Origin: Myxococcota bacterium
Lineage (GTDB): Bacteria > Myxococcota_A > UBA9160 > SZUA-336
DNA length: 64,000 nt
Direction: 5' to 3'
NCBI GenBank assembly: GCA_965247115.1
Contig: CBDFGR010000003.1
Coordinates: forward strand, 2,176,001-2,240,000
The notes under the pieces are model-generated. The model was given only the letters and a program-made list of their open reading frames with translations, ran no database searches and had not been told where the DNA came from. Below, one piece after another: positions 20,879 through 29,544 of the stretch (the stretch's first letter is position 1; each line of letters begins with the position of its first letter). The translations under genes were made by a program, and so were the position numbers.

Positions 20879-21967
20879 TCAGCGACCCGCGAATAGGGCG
20901 TCGGCAGCGATCGAGCAACCGCGCTCCTCAGCGCCCTGGAGGCGCCCCAGTACCTCGAAACCGTCGTCGCTGCGCAGCCCGAGGTCCGAGGTCTGGACTG
21001 CGAGCACCGAGCCGGTGTTTGCGAGATCGTAGTGCACGAGCACGCCAGTCTCCCCGGCGGGCACCTCCTGCCAGGTCGCGGGATCGAGCACGCGCGTGCG
21101 GACCCAGGGTGGAACGCGCTTCGTTTGCGTGGGTCGCCCCGTCAGGAGCGTAGCCTCGTAGAACTGGCTGCCCAGCTCGCACATGCCGTACTGGTTGACG
21201 ATTGCCGCCATCGGAACACCGAGTGCGGTCGAGATGCCGGTGTGGAGCTCCACCCTCGTCAGCTCGCGGGAGCGGCCCTTGAAGCCGCCCGTCTCCATGA
21301 CGCGCGATCCCTCGGGGAGTGCCAGGCGCACGCCGCGCCTCTCGAGCTCGTCGAGCAGGTGGACGAAGGAGAACGCGGTACCCACGACGGCGGCCGGCCC
21401 ATCCAGCTTGCCCAGGTCCGCGATGGCTCGCTCGGGATCCCAGCCGTGCTGTGTGACGTAGAAGGACGGCTCTCCTCGGCCGAGCTCGCGGGCCGCGCGC
21501 TCGAACATGTAGGACAGGGAGGAATCCGGGGCTTCGGTTGCGGACGGAGCCAGGACACCAAAGCGCAGGCGTTCGGCACCCCGGCACACGTAGGTTCCGA
21601 ACGTTGCCAGCAGCGAGGCGTCGTAGAGCTCGAGCGTGTCCAGATGGAGAGCGCCGCGTGCGGCGCTCGAGCTTCCGCTGGTCCGGAAGGTGCGGACCTC
21701 CTGCTCCTCGGGGAAGGTCGCGAGTCGCGCCTGCTTGAAGGCCCCGGTCGGAACCGCGGGGATGTCGGACCAGTGCTCGATGTTGGCTGGGCTCCGGCCA
21801 AAGGAGTCGCAGAGCACCCGGTACGCCTCGCCTGACTCGTACTGGTGCGCGAAGAGCTCGAGTGCGAGCGTGCCAAAGCGCCTGTCCGCGGCCGCGCGAT
21901 CGGTGACTGAGTCGACGCCCTCCGCGATCCAGGCCAGGATGCGCCGCTCGACGGCTCTCCGGCTCAT
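20879..21967 (-). CDS. LuxE-like acyl-protein synthetase
   Basis: FRTSGSS, METGGFKGR, YGMCELGSQ and C-terminal RGCS. Confidence 0.85.
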   Translation of the reverse strand: MSRRAVERRILAWIAEGVDSVTDRAAADRRFGTLALELFAHQYESGEAYRVLCDSFGRSPANIEHWSDIPAVPTGAFKQARLATFPEEQEVRTFRTSGSSSAARGALHLDTLELYDASLLATFGTYVCRGAERLRFGVLAPSATEAPDSSLSYMFERAARELGRGEPSFYVTQHGWDPERAIADLGKLDGPAAVVGTAFSFVHLLDELERRGVRLALPEGSRVMETGGFKGRSRELTRVELHTGISTALGVPMAAIVNQYGMCELGSQFYEATLLTGRPTQTKRVPPWVRTRVLDPATWQEVPAGETGVLVHYDLANTGSVLAVQTSDLGLRSDDGFEVLGRLQGAEERGCSIAADALFAGR

Positions 21968-23223
21968 GCGTGCAGGTGCGCCACCAGTCGATCCGTGGCG
22001 CGGTCGAGGAGCTCCTCGGAGATCGTCAGAGGCGGGGTCAGGGAGAGCACGCGACCCTCGACCCCCTCGGCGAGCAAGATCCAGCCTTCGCTGAGCATTG
22101 CCGCGACCACGCGCTGTGCGACAGCGGCGGTGTCGAGCTCGATCCCGAGCATGAGCCCGCGGCCGCGCACTTCGCGGACGCACGGCGCGTTGCCCAGCTC
22201 TCTGTGCAGCCGTTCGAGCAGGCGCGCGCCAACCCGGGTCGCACGCTGCGGGAGCCGGTCGCGCTCCAGGATCTCGAGCACCGCAGCGGCGACCCTGCAG
22301 CCGACGGGATTGCCGAGGTGGGTGCTCGTGTGGACGGCCTCTCCCGACGACGCTCTCCAGGCGCGCATGACGTGCTCGCGACCAACGCAGGCGGAGATGG
22401 GAAAGCCGTTGCCAAGTCCCTTTCCCAGCGCCACGACGTCGGGTAAGACGCCTTCGTGCTCGCAGGCCAGCCAGGAGCCCGCTCGACCTAATCCTGTGTA
22501 TACCTCGTCCACGACAAGCAGCGTGCGGGACCCATCGGCAAGCTCCCGCAGCTCGCGCAGAAAGCCCTGCGGAGGAACCACGCAGCCGCCACGCCCCTGG
22601 ATCGGCTCTACCAGGATGGCTCCCACCTCCCCGGCAGCGAGCGCCTCACGCACGGCCTTCGCATCGCCGTAGGGGACGAAGCGGGTGCGGCCGGGAAGCC
22701 GCGCCTCGAAGGGGGCGCGAAACAGCCGGCGGTGTGTCGTGTCGAGGGCGCCGAAGCCGAGGCCGTGATAGGCGCCCTCGAATGCGATGACGTCGGGGCG
22801 TCCTGTTGCGACAAGAGCCGTCTTGAGCGCGGATTCCACTGCGTCGGAGCCCGACGAGGAGAGGATCGCGCAGCCCAGGTCTCCCGGCAGGATGCGGGTC
22901 AGCGCCTCGAGCAGCTCGACCTTGACCCTTGCCGGGTACACGTCGCCCATGGCGTGGGGCAGCTCACCTGCCTGCGCGCCCCAGACCGTCGTGATGGCAG
23001 GGTGCGCGTGTCCGAGCGCTGCAACACCGAAGCCGGACAGCAAGTCCACGTAGCGATTCCCGTCCACGTCGATGACATTGGCGCCGCTCGCGCGCTCCCA
23101 GAAGATGGGTCCGTCCGAGAGGCACGTGACTTCGGGGCACTCCACCTGTGCGAGCCGAACCCCCAGGGCCTTCGAGCGGGGTCCCGGTACGGGTGTGCAG
23201 ATCTCGGGAAGGAGGTCGTTCAC
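21964..23223 (-). CDS. Class III PLP aminotransferase
   Basis: DVDGNRYVD, SGSDAVE, EPIQGRGG, DEVYTGLGR and LGKGLGNG motifs. Confidence 0.9.
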   Translation of the reverse strand: MNDLLPEICTPVPGPRSKALGVRLAQVECPEVTCLSDGPIFWERASGANVIDVDGNRYVDLLSGFGVAALGHAHPAITTVWGAQAGELPHAMGDVYPARVKVELLEALTRILPGDLGCAILSSSGSDAVESALKTALVATGRPDVIAFEGAYHGLGFGALDTTHRRLFRAPFEARLPGRTRFVPYGDAKAVREALAAGEVGAILVEPIQGRGGCVVPPQGFLRELRELADGSRTLLVVDEVYTGLGRAGSWLACEHEGVLPDVVALGKGLGNGFPISACVGREHVMRAWRASSGEAVHTSTHLGNPVGCRVAAAVLEILERDRLPQRATRVGARLLERLHRELGNAPCVREVRGRGLMLGIELDTAAVAQRVVAAMLSEGWILLAEGVEGRVLSLTPPLTISEELLDRATDRLVAHLHA

Positions 23224-23235
23224 TGGCTACTCAGG

Positions 23236-23886
23236 CTAGCTGATACGGGGCGAGGTCGCGCTGGCCAGGCGCTGGGCGCGTCGGAAGACCGCTCGCCACA
23301 TCGGACGGGTCAGGACACCGGTGTTCGTGTTCTGGCGGGACGGGTGGTAGCTCGACAGGAGCGGAGGGTGGCCGTCGACGCGGTGGATCGTGGCATGGCC
23401 GAACGGGTAGCGCTTGCGCGGGAGGGCCTGCCAACAGCGCAACACTGCCATGTGTGCGATCGCGCCCAGCGCGAGCACGACGCGCACGGACGACAGTAGG
23501 GCGAGCTCCTGCTCGAGCCAGCCGAGACAAGCAGCCTGCTCGGCGCCGTTCGGACGATTGCCCGGTGGGACGCACTTCACCGCGTTCAGCACGTACGCGC
23601 CTCTGAGTGACTTTCCGTCCCAGAGCTGCTGACGCTCGAGCTCCCCGTAGAGCCACTCGCCCGACGCGTCCAGCCAGAATGGCCGCCCGGAGCGATTCGC
23701 ACCGTGCAGGCCGGGGGCCAGGCCCACGATCGCGAGCCAGGCGCTCCGATCGCCGAAGCCCGGGACGGGGTTGTTCCAGTAGTCGGGATAGCGCTGACGC
23801 AGCTCGCCGAGATAGGCGCCCAGTCTCGGACAGCGACGGCAGCTCGGTATCTCTCGTTCGAGACGACGCAGCGCCGCGCCGCTCAT
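23236..23886 (-). CDS. Uracil-DNA glycosylase, family 5-like
   Basis: CRRCPRL, GLAPGLHGANRSGRPF, KCVPP and YHPSRQNTNTG motifs. Confidence 0.85.
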   Translation of the reverse strand: MSGAALRRLEREIPSCRRCPRLGAYLGELRQRYPDYWNNPVPGFGDRSAWLAIVGLAPGLHGANRSGRPFWLDASGEWLYGELERQQLWDGKSLRGAYVLNAVKCVPPGNRPNGAEQAACLGWLEQELALLSSVRVVLALGAIAHMAVLRCWQALPRKRYPFGHATIHRVDGHPPLLSSYHPSRQNTNTGVLTRPMWRAVFRRAQRLASATSPRIS

Positions 23887-23887
23887 C

Positions 23888-24439
23888 TCACTTGAGGAGT
23901 GCCTGGACCGACTTGAAGCTCGGGTGATCTGCGCTGCGCATGCACTCGAGCAGGATGCACTCGACGCTGCTACCGATGGCGCCGGAGCGCAGCAGCTTGT
24001 CGAGCGCAAGCGTGTGCTCGCGCTCGCTCCGGGCAGAGACGGCATCGACCGCCAGGTGGACAGAGCTCCCGCGACCGAGCAGGTCGTGCACCGTCTGATT
24101 GATGCAGGCCTGAGTCTCGATGCCCACAACGATGGCCTGGGAGCGCTCGAGCGTGGCAATGGTTTCGAGCAGCCCTGGGGCGCCCAGCGCCGACATCGTG
24201 CGCTTCTCGAAGCCCGGAACGCTGCCCAGGGCGTCCAGCACCTCTGGGGCCGTGGGTCCGAGGCCCTTCGGATACTGCTCTGTATAGAAGATAGGGAGCT
24301 CCAGCATGTGCGCGGCCCGGATCAGGACGCAGGCGCGCTCGACCGTGCGTTTCCATTCGAAGAGCTTGTCCCGATACGTTTCCTGCAGATCGACGACGAG
24401 GACGTAGGCCTGAGCGGAGTCGACCACATTTTCGTGCAT
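23888..24439 (-). CDS. Isochorismatase family hydrolase
   Basis: VVDLQE, TEQYPKGLG and GIETQACINQT motifs. Confidence 0.88.
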   Translation of the reverse strand: MHENVVDSAQAYVLVVDLQETYRDKLFEWKRTVERACVLIRAAHMLELPIFYTEQYPKGLGPTAPEVLDALGSVPGFEKRTMSALGAPGLLETIATLERSQAIVVGIETQACINQTVHDLLGRGSSVHLAVDAVSARSEREHTLALDKLLRSGAIGSSVECILLECMRSADHPSFKSVQALLK

Positions 24440-24522
24440 CTGGAGTGCACCTTACGTGCAGATGGGCCCGAGCTCAAGCTCGGAGGGGCTGGCGCCGATG
24501 ACATGCAAACGGAGGATCTGCC

Positions 24523-24822
24523 ATGCGCTCGCTCGGATTTGCAATCGTGGCCGCTTCCCTGGTCTTCAGCGTGGGAGGCGTGAGCGTTCGGGCCGGAGAT
24601 GCCGAGTCGTCGGAGCTGGCCATCGAGAACGGCGCTGCGGACAGCTGTCAGGTTCCAGAGGCGCCGACCACGCGCACCATCCAGATCAATCCGCTCCGGG
24701 GTGCGACCGCGCGCGCGAAGAACGTGTTCGTGCTCAACTCGCGCGGGTACAACTACCTGCGTCCCGGAGAGCTGCCGGTGCTCGAGCCGGGCGGCGACCC
24801 GCGGGAGAGTCCCGAGGACTAG
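24523..24822 (+). CDS. Small secreted hypothetical protein
   Basis: GGAGG SD, signal-peptide-like N-terminus, typical codon usage. Confidence 0.6.
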   Translation: MRSLGFAIVAASLVFSVGGVSVRAGDAESSELAIENGAADSCQVPEAPTTRTIQINPLRGATARAKNVFVLNSRGYNYLRPGELPVLEPGGDPRESPED

Positions 24823-24846
24823 CCCACCCGAGGTGAGATCCTCGGG

Positions 24847-25365
24847 CTAGAGACCGCGGCGCGAAGCGCCCAGACCGCGGCGCGCAGCGCCCAGACCGCG
24901 GCGCAGCGCCCGGTACAGGAGGAGCTGCCCCGCGACGAGCCCGGCCAGTGCGGGCACCAGCGATTCCGCCCAGATCAGCCGGAGCGCTGCGGCGAGCAGC
25001 AGCGGAGCTGCGCCGGTCCAGAGCGAGAGCCGTAGCCGCTGGAGCTCTCCGAGCGGGCTGAGCCCGCCGACCCGTCCCAGCCCGAACGTACTCACGAGGT
25101 GAAGCAAGGCGAGTCCGCCGGCAGTGCTCCAGTCCGGCACCGCCAGAGCCAGCGCGACCAGCCCAAGGAAGAGGCCTATCCGCCCGCCCCGGCGAGCTCC
25201 GAGTACCCTGCGCTGGGCAACGGGCTCGGCGCGGCAGACGCCGAGCAGGAGCCCAGGCACCTCACTCGCGCGCAGGAAGACGCGCCGCGGTGGCGCCTCC
25301 TTCTTCAGGTGGCTGCTCTCGTCCCCTGTCGGGACCGACGGATCTGAGCGCCCCACCCCCTCCAC
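24847..25365 (-). CDS. Hypothetical membrane protein
   Basis: Hydrophobic segments; GTG after a GGAGG SD. The C-terminus comes from a 21-bp tandem repeat (24851-24911, RRGLGAA). Confidence 0.45.
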   Translation of the reverse strand: MEGVGRSDPSVPTGDESSHLKKEAPPRRVFLRASEVPGLLLGVCRAEPVAQRRVLGARRGGRIGLFLGLVALALAVPDWSTAGGLALLHLVSTFGLGRVGGLSPLGELQRLRLSLWTGAAPLLLAAALRLIWAESLVPALAGLVAGQLLLYRALRRGLGAARRGLGASRRGL

Positions 25366-25435
25366 GAATCGTGCCCTCCGCTGGTTCGAGTCTGCGGGCT
25401 TTCGGCGCGGGATTGTAGCCCGTACTTTGTGAGAC

Positions 25436-26740
25436 ATGGCCCTTTCGCAGCCCCCCCGGAGGCCCTCAGTGGAGCGAACACACGTACTGATCGCGGGTGG
25501 GGGCATCATCGGCTCGGCGATTGCCTGTGCGCTCGTCGAGCGTGGGGTCGGGGACGTGTGCGTCGTCGACCTCGACCTCCAGGGCACCTACGCCTCGTCG
25601 GAGCTGAACGCGGGCGGTGTGCGCGCCACCTGGTGGCAGGAAGTCAACATTACGAGCTGTCTGGACACGCTTGCCTTCTTCGAGGACCACGCGGAGGAGT
25701 TCGGCTTGCGCCAGGCCGGCTACCTGTGGCTCTACGACGACCGGGAGCTGTTCGCGAAGGCACTCCGCCGCCACTCGCTGCAGGAGCGTCTGGGTGTCGA
25801 GGTCGAGATGTTGTCCGCGGGCGAAGTCGCTGCTGGGTTCCCACTGCTCGATCGCAACATGGACGAGCTGATCGGCGCCACGTTCTCGAAGCGGGACGGG
25901 CTGATCAATCCGAACGCGGTGCGCTCGTACTACCGAAGGCGCGCCGAGGCTGGCGGAGCGCGCTTCCTGAACCGTCACTACATCGAGGGAGTCGAGGTCA
26001 CGGAGCGCGAGCCGGGTGTGCGCCAGGTCAGTCTGGTGCACATCGTGGAAGTCGCGAAGGGGGACGTCGCTGACGAGAGCCACGCCATCCACCGCATTCT
26101 TACACAGCATCGCGTAACGCCAGAGATCGCGGTCGATCACCCGTCGATCAAGCCAGAGTTCTTCATCAACGCGCTGGGAGCCTGGAGTCCCGTGCTCTCC
26201 TCAAAGCTCGGCGTGCTCGATGTGGCGCTCCCCGTCCGGCGCCAGATCGCGATGGTCGACGTGCGCGCGCGCGATATCCGAGAAGAGGTGAACCTCGGGT
26301 CGCTGGGCATGATCGTCGATCCTTCTTGCCTGTATTTCCACCCCGAGGGTGCCTACCTCCTTGCGGGCTATTCGGAGCCCGCCGAGCCCTCCGGCTACGC
26401 CTTTCACTACGACGGGGACGAGTACTTCGAGCAGCAGCTCTGGCCCCGCCTCGCTCATCGCGCGAGCACGTTCGAGCGCTGTGGTCACGTGCGCGGCTGG
26501 GCCGGCCTGTATTCCGTCACGCCGGATCGCAGCGGCATCGTCGGGCTTGTGCCGGGCTTCAGCAACCTGATCGAATCGCACAGCTTCACTGGTCGGGGGG
26601 TCATGCAGTCTCGGGCCATCGGCCGGGGCGTTGCGGAGCTCGTCGTGGGTCAGCGGTTCGAGACGCTGGACCTGTCTCCTCTTGCCAGCAGCCGCTTCCT
26701 CGGAGACGGCCCGCTCGTCACCGAGGATCTGCACATCTGA
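25436..26740 (+). CDS. FAD-dependent oxidoreductase (DAO / sarcosine oxidase beta-like)
   Basis: IAGGGIIG, NAGGVR and WAGLYSVTPD motifs. Confidence 0.88.
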   Translation: MALSQPPRRPSVERTHVLIAGGGIIGSAIACALVERGVGDVCVVDLDLQGTYASSELNAGGVRATWWQEVNITSCLDTLAFFEDHAEEFGLRQAGYLWLYDDRELFAKALRRHSLQERLGVEVEMLSAGEVAAGFPLLDRNMDELIGATFSKRDGLINPNAVRSYYRRRAEAGGARFLNRHYIEGVEVTEREPGVRQVSLVHIVEVAKGDVADESHAIHRILTQHRVTPEIAVDHPSIKPEFFINALGAWSPVLSSKLGVLDVALPVRRQIAMVDVRARDIREEVNLGSLGMIVDPSCLYFHPEGAYLLAGYSEPAEPSGYAFHYDGDEYFEQQLWPRLAHRASTFERCGHVRGWAGLYSVTPDRSGIVGLVPGFSNLIESHSFTGRGVMQSRAIGRGVAELVVGQRFETLDLSPLASSRFLGDGPLVTEDLHI

Positions 26741-26753
26741 GCAGGCTGGGGTC

Positions 26754-27569
26754 TCAGCGCAGCCCGAGAATCAGCTTCCCCTCGAGCTCTGCCAGGTCGA
26801 TCCGATAGGTTCGTTGCAACGCGCGGTCCACGCTGTTCGTCTGGGTGATGCGTTTCAGCAGGCGTCCAAGCGAGTCCGCACCCCGCTGCCTGACGAGCAG
26901 CTCGACCGCGGCATAGGACTCGAGGTAGGCGAGCCGCGCCCTCTCCGACTCGAGGTGTCCGAAGCTCGGGGGCCCGAGCTCTGCGAGCGGGATCCACTGA
27001 TCCTTCGCGTGTGCGTCGCGAAGGGCCGCGTACTCGCCGAAGCTTGGAGTGCGCCTGCCGAGTGCGAGACGTTCGAAGTACCCTGCGATTCCCTCGTTCA
27101 GCCAGCCGGGGAAGCTCCCGCGCGGGGATGCGGCGTCGAGCGTAGCGTGCACGAACTCGTGATGGAGCGTGCCTGTCAGCTCCGCGCTGACATTCGTCGC
27201 ACCGCGGACATGGATCACCCCATCGTAGAAGCCTGCGGCCTGGAATCGGAACAGGCCATCGTACTGGCGCCCGAAGAGCTCGGGATCCCAGACAACCACT
27301 TGCACCGCGCGCGGGGGAGCGACGCCCAGGCTGCTCCGCACGTCGCGGTAGGCGTCTTCCAGAATGTCGAGAACGCGTTGCTCGAAACGTCGGGACCCGT
27401 TCCACCCCGTGTAGCGGTCGATTCCGACATCCTGATAGAGCACGAAGTGAAGAGAGCGGCGCTCACTGAACTCACCGTCCGCTCCGCCCCCTGCAGCGAT
27501 CGACCCCGGGCTCGCACAGATCAGGATTGTCACCAGGCTCCCAGCAACCTGACAGGCGGCTCGATGCAT
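26754..27569 (-). CDS. Peptidase MA-like zinc metalloprotease
   Basis: HEFVH and PGWLNEGIAGY motifs. Confidence 0.78.
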   Translation of the reverse strand: MHRAACQVAGSLVTILICASPGSIAAGGGADGEFSERRSLHFVLYQDVGIDRYTGWNGSRRFEQRVLDILEDAYRDVRSSLGVAPPRAVQVVVWDPELFGRQYDGLFRFQAAGFYDGVIHVRGATNVSAELTGTLHHEFVHATLDAASPRGSFPGWLNEGIAGYFERLALGRRTPSFGEYAALRDAHAKDQWIPLAELGPPSFGHLESERARLAYLESYAAVELLVRQRGADSLGRLLKRITQTNSVDRALQRTYRIDLAELEGKLILGLR

Positions 27570-27704
27570 CGCGTCACGATAGCAGGATCCCTCGGGCGCT
27601 CTTGCTTTTGCGCAGGTCGATGGTATTGACGACTGCCGCGCATGAAGCGCGTCGAATCGGTGTCGCGCCGGAGCGCAACCAATCAGGGGAGAGGAATCAC
27701 AGCA

Positions 27705-27932
27705 ATGGCAGCCAGGAAGAAGGCGGCAGGACGGAAAAAGGCGGGGCGGAAGTCGGCCGCAGGGGGGCCCATGATCATCTCGAAGTCACGCGTCAAGGCG
27801 GCGGCGAAGAAGTGCAACGTGGGAGCTGCCTTCTATGATGCGCTGGAAGACCGGGTTCGGGAGTCGATCGCGAGCGCCGAGGATCGGGCCATCGCGAACG
27901 GCCGCAAGACCCTGCGTCCGCAGGACGTTTGA
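27705..27932 (+). CDS. Bacterial histone-fold protein with basic N-terminal tail
   Basis: GGAGAGG SD. Core MIISKSRVK...ALEDRVRESIASAEDRAIANGRKTLRPQDV carries the RKTxxxxD histone L2/alpha3 motif. Confidence 0.85.
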   Translation: MAARKKAAGRKKAGRKSAAGGPMIISKSRVKAAAKKCNVGAAFYDALEDRVRESIASAEDRAIANGRKTLRPQDV

Positions 27933-27988
27933 CGGCCCGGGCGTAGCCCTGGACTCCGCGGGCGGTCTCGCCCGGCGGCGCGGCCAAG

Positions 27989-28023
27989 AAAAAAGCCGGC
28001 GGACCCCTCAGGGTCCGCCGGCT
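27989..28023 (-). terminator. Intrinsic terminator (minus strand; possibly bidirectional)
   Basis: 13-bp stem AGCCGGCGGACCC/GGGTCCGCCGGCT followed by a T-run on the minus strand. Confidence 0.8.
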
Positions 28024-28044
28024 CTCCCACGGACGAGCGCTGCT

Positions 28045-28212
28045 CTATTGCGCAGGGATTACAGGGAATGCAGGAACTGCGCGGAGATGCGCGGCCTCGC
28101 GGGGTTCGAGCACCGAGCCGACCGGGAGAGGGGCTGGGGCGGTCTCACACGTCCACGGGAGTCCGTCGCGGCTAGGTCTCGCGCGAAACTGGAGGGGCTC
28201 TCTGATCATCAT
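28045..28212 (-). other. Candidate 55-aa small ORF or sRNA under ECF control
   Basis: Lies between an ECF-type promoter and the terminator; translates MMIREPLQFRARPSRDGLPWTCETAPAPLPVGSVLEPREAAHLRAVPAFPVIPAQ. Confidence 0.4.
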
Positions 28213-28241
28213 GGACTGTGTACCTGGTCCTCTATCAGAGG

Positions 28242-28304
28242 TACGATTCGCAGTGTTGCGCGGTTACGGCGGGGGGGAGTAACCGAGGGCGAGGCACGGA
28301 CGTA
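28242..28304. promoter_or_regulatory. Two back-to-back ECF sigma promoters, GTAACC-N16-CGTA
   Basis: Plus strand: GTAACC 28279-28284 and CGTA 28301-28304. Minus strand: GTAACC 28267-28262 and CGTA 28245-28242. Both spacers are 16 nt. Confidence 0.7.
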
Positions 28305-28873
28305 TGAGCGATAGCGGGGAGGGCGACGTTCCTCCTGAGTCCTCGTGGTGTGAGCTCATGGAGGCCGCTCAGGGCGGAGACCGCGCTGCCTATGAGCGTC
28401 TGCTGCTCGCGATCCTTCCCGTGCTTCGTCGGCTGGTTTTCGCGCGTCTCGGAGATCCCGCCGGCGTGGAGGATGTGGTTCAGAACGTGCTCCTCTCCAT
28501 CCATCGCGCGCGGCACACCTACCAGCCGGGCCGGCCCTTCGGACCCTGGATGCGCGCGATCGCGCGCAACGCGGTCGTGGACTCCCAGCGGCAGCGGAAC
28601 GTGCGCGTGCGCCGCGAGCAGCCCCTGTCCGAGGTCGAGGAGCTCCCGGACCCGGCGGCCCCCGCTCCGGAGTCGGGGCTCTCGGACCCGCTGCGCCGAG
28701 CCCTGGAGTCCCTTCCGGCTGGCCAGAGGCAGGCCGTGGAGCTGATCCAACTTCGCGAGCTCTCCGTCGCAGAGGCGGCCAAGCAGGCTGGGATCTCACC
28801 GGGGGCGCTGAAGGTGCGCGCCCATCGGGGCTACCGTGCGTTGCGCGCATTGCTCTCGGGACAGACTCGGTGA
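28304..28873 (+). CDS. ECF sigma-70 factor
   Basis: GDRAAYERLL, EDVVQ and ALKVRAHRG motifs (regions 2 and 4). Confidence 0.9.
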   Translation: MSDSGEGDVPPESSWCELMEAAQGGDRAAYERLLLAILPVLRRLVFARLGDPAGVEDVVQNVLLSIHRARHTYQPGRPFGPWMRAIARNAVVDSQRQRNVRVRREQPLSEVEELPDPAAPAPESGLSDPLRRALESLPAGQRQAVELIQLRELSVAEAAKQAGISPGALKVRAHRGYRALRALLSGQTR

Positions 28874-29544
28874 ACGATCGGCACGAAGCGCTCATCCTGG
28901 AGCTCGCGAGCGAGCTTCAGCCCGTGCAGCCGCTCTCCACGCTGCGCCGGGTTGGAGTAGCGATCGCCGGGGCAGCGCTCCTGAACGCGTGCTTGTTCCT
29001 CGGGATTCCCCTCGCGCTCGGAGTATCAGTCGAAAGCCAGACCGCCGCCGAGCTGTGGACCCTGGCCGCTCACCTGGAGCTCGCGAGCGGCGGACTCGCC
29101 CTCGCGCTCGCCTCGTCCGTCCCGGGAAGGCAGCAGCTCGAGCGAGCGGGGCTCGCGATCCTGGTGGTGGGTGTCGCCGTCGCCGTTGCGTCGGCCCCCG
29201 CGCTGCGAGGGGCTGGGCTGGAGAGGATCGAAGTCGCCTGGCTCGGGGGTGCAGGGGTCTGCACCCTGGCAGCCACCGTGCTCGCCGTTTTCCCCGCTGC
29301 AATTCTGCTGCGCTTCGTAGCTCGCGCCGAGCCCTTCCGACCCTCGTGGACGCTCGCCTTTGGAGGCCTTGGAGCACTGGCGCTGGGAGCCGTGCCTGTC
29401 CGCATAGCCTGCAACTCCGACGGTCCGTTACACGATCTCGTGGCTCACTCGTTGGCGCCGCTGACCGGTGGGCTGCTGCTCGCTATTGGACTGCTGCTCC
29501 TCTACCAGCGTCGGCTCAGGCTCTCCGAGCGTCGCACCGTCTAG
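28870..29544 (+). CDS. NrsF/DUF1109-like membrane anti-sigma factor
   Basis: Translationally coupled to the sigma gene; multiple TM segments with two Cys and C-x6-H-x4-H. Confidence 0.72.
   Translation: MNDRHEALILELASELQPVQPLSTLRRVGVAIAGAALLNACLFLGIPLALGVSVESQTAAELWTLAAHLELASGGLALALASSVPGRQQLERAGLAILVVGVAVAVASAPALRGAGLERIEVAWLGGAGVCTLAATVLAVFPAAILLRFVARAEPFRPSWTLAFGGLGALALGAVPVRIACNSDGPLHDLVAHSLAPLTGGLLLAIGLLLLYQRRLRLSERRTV

Noticed and set aside
19734..21967. Bioluminescence operon
   Set aside because: No luxA, luxB or luxD adjacent; the LLM gene at 62579 is distant and generic.
28100..28115. GGTTCGAG as a tRNA T-arm
   Set aside because: No cloverleaf can be folded around it.
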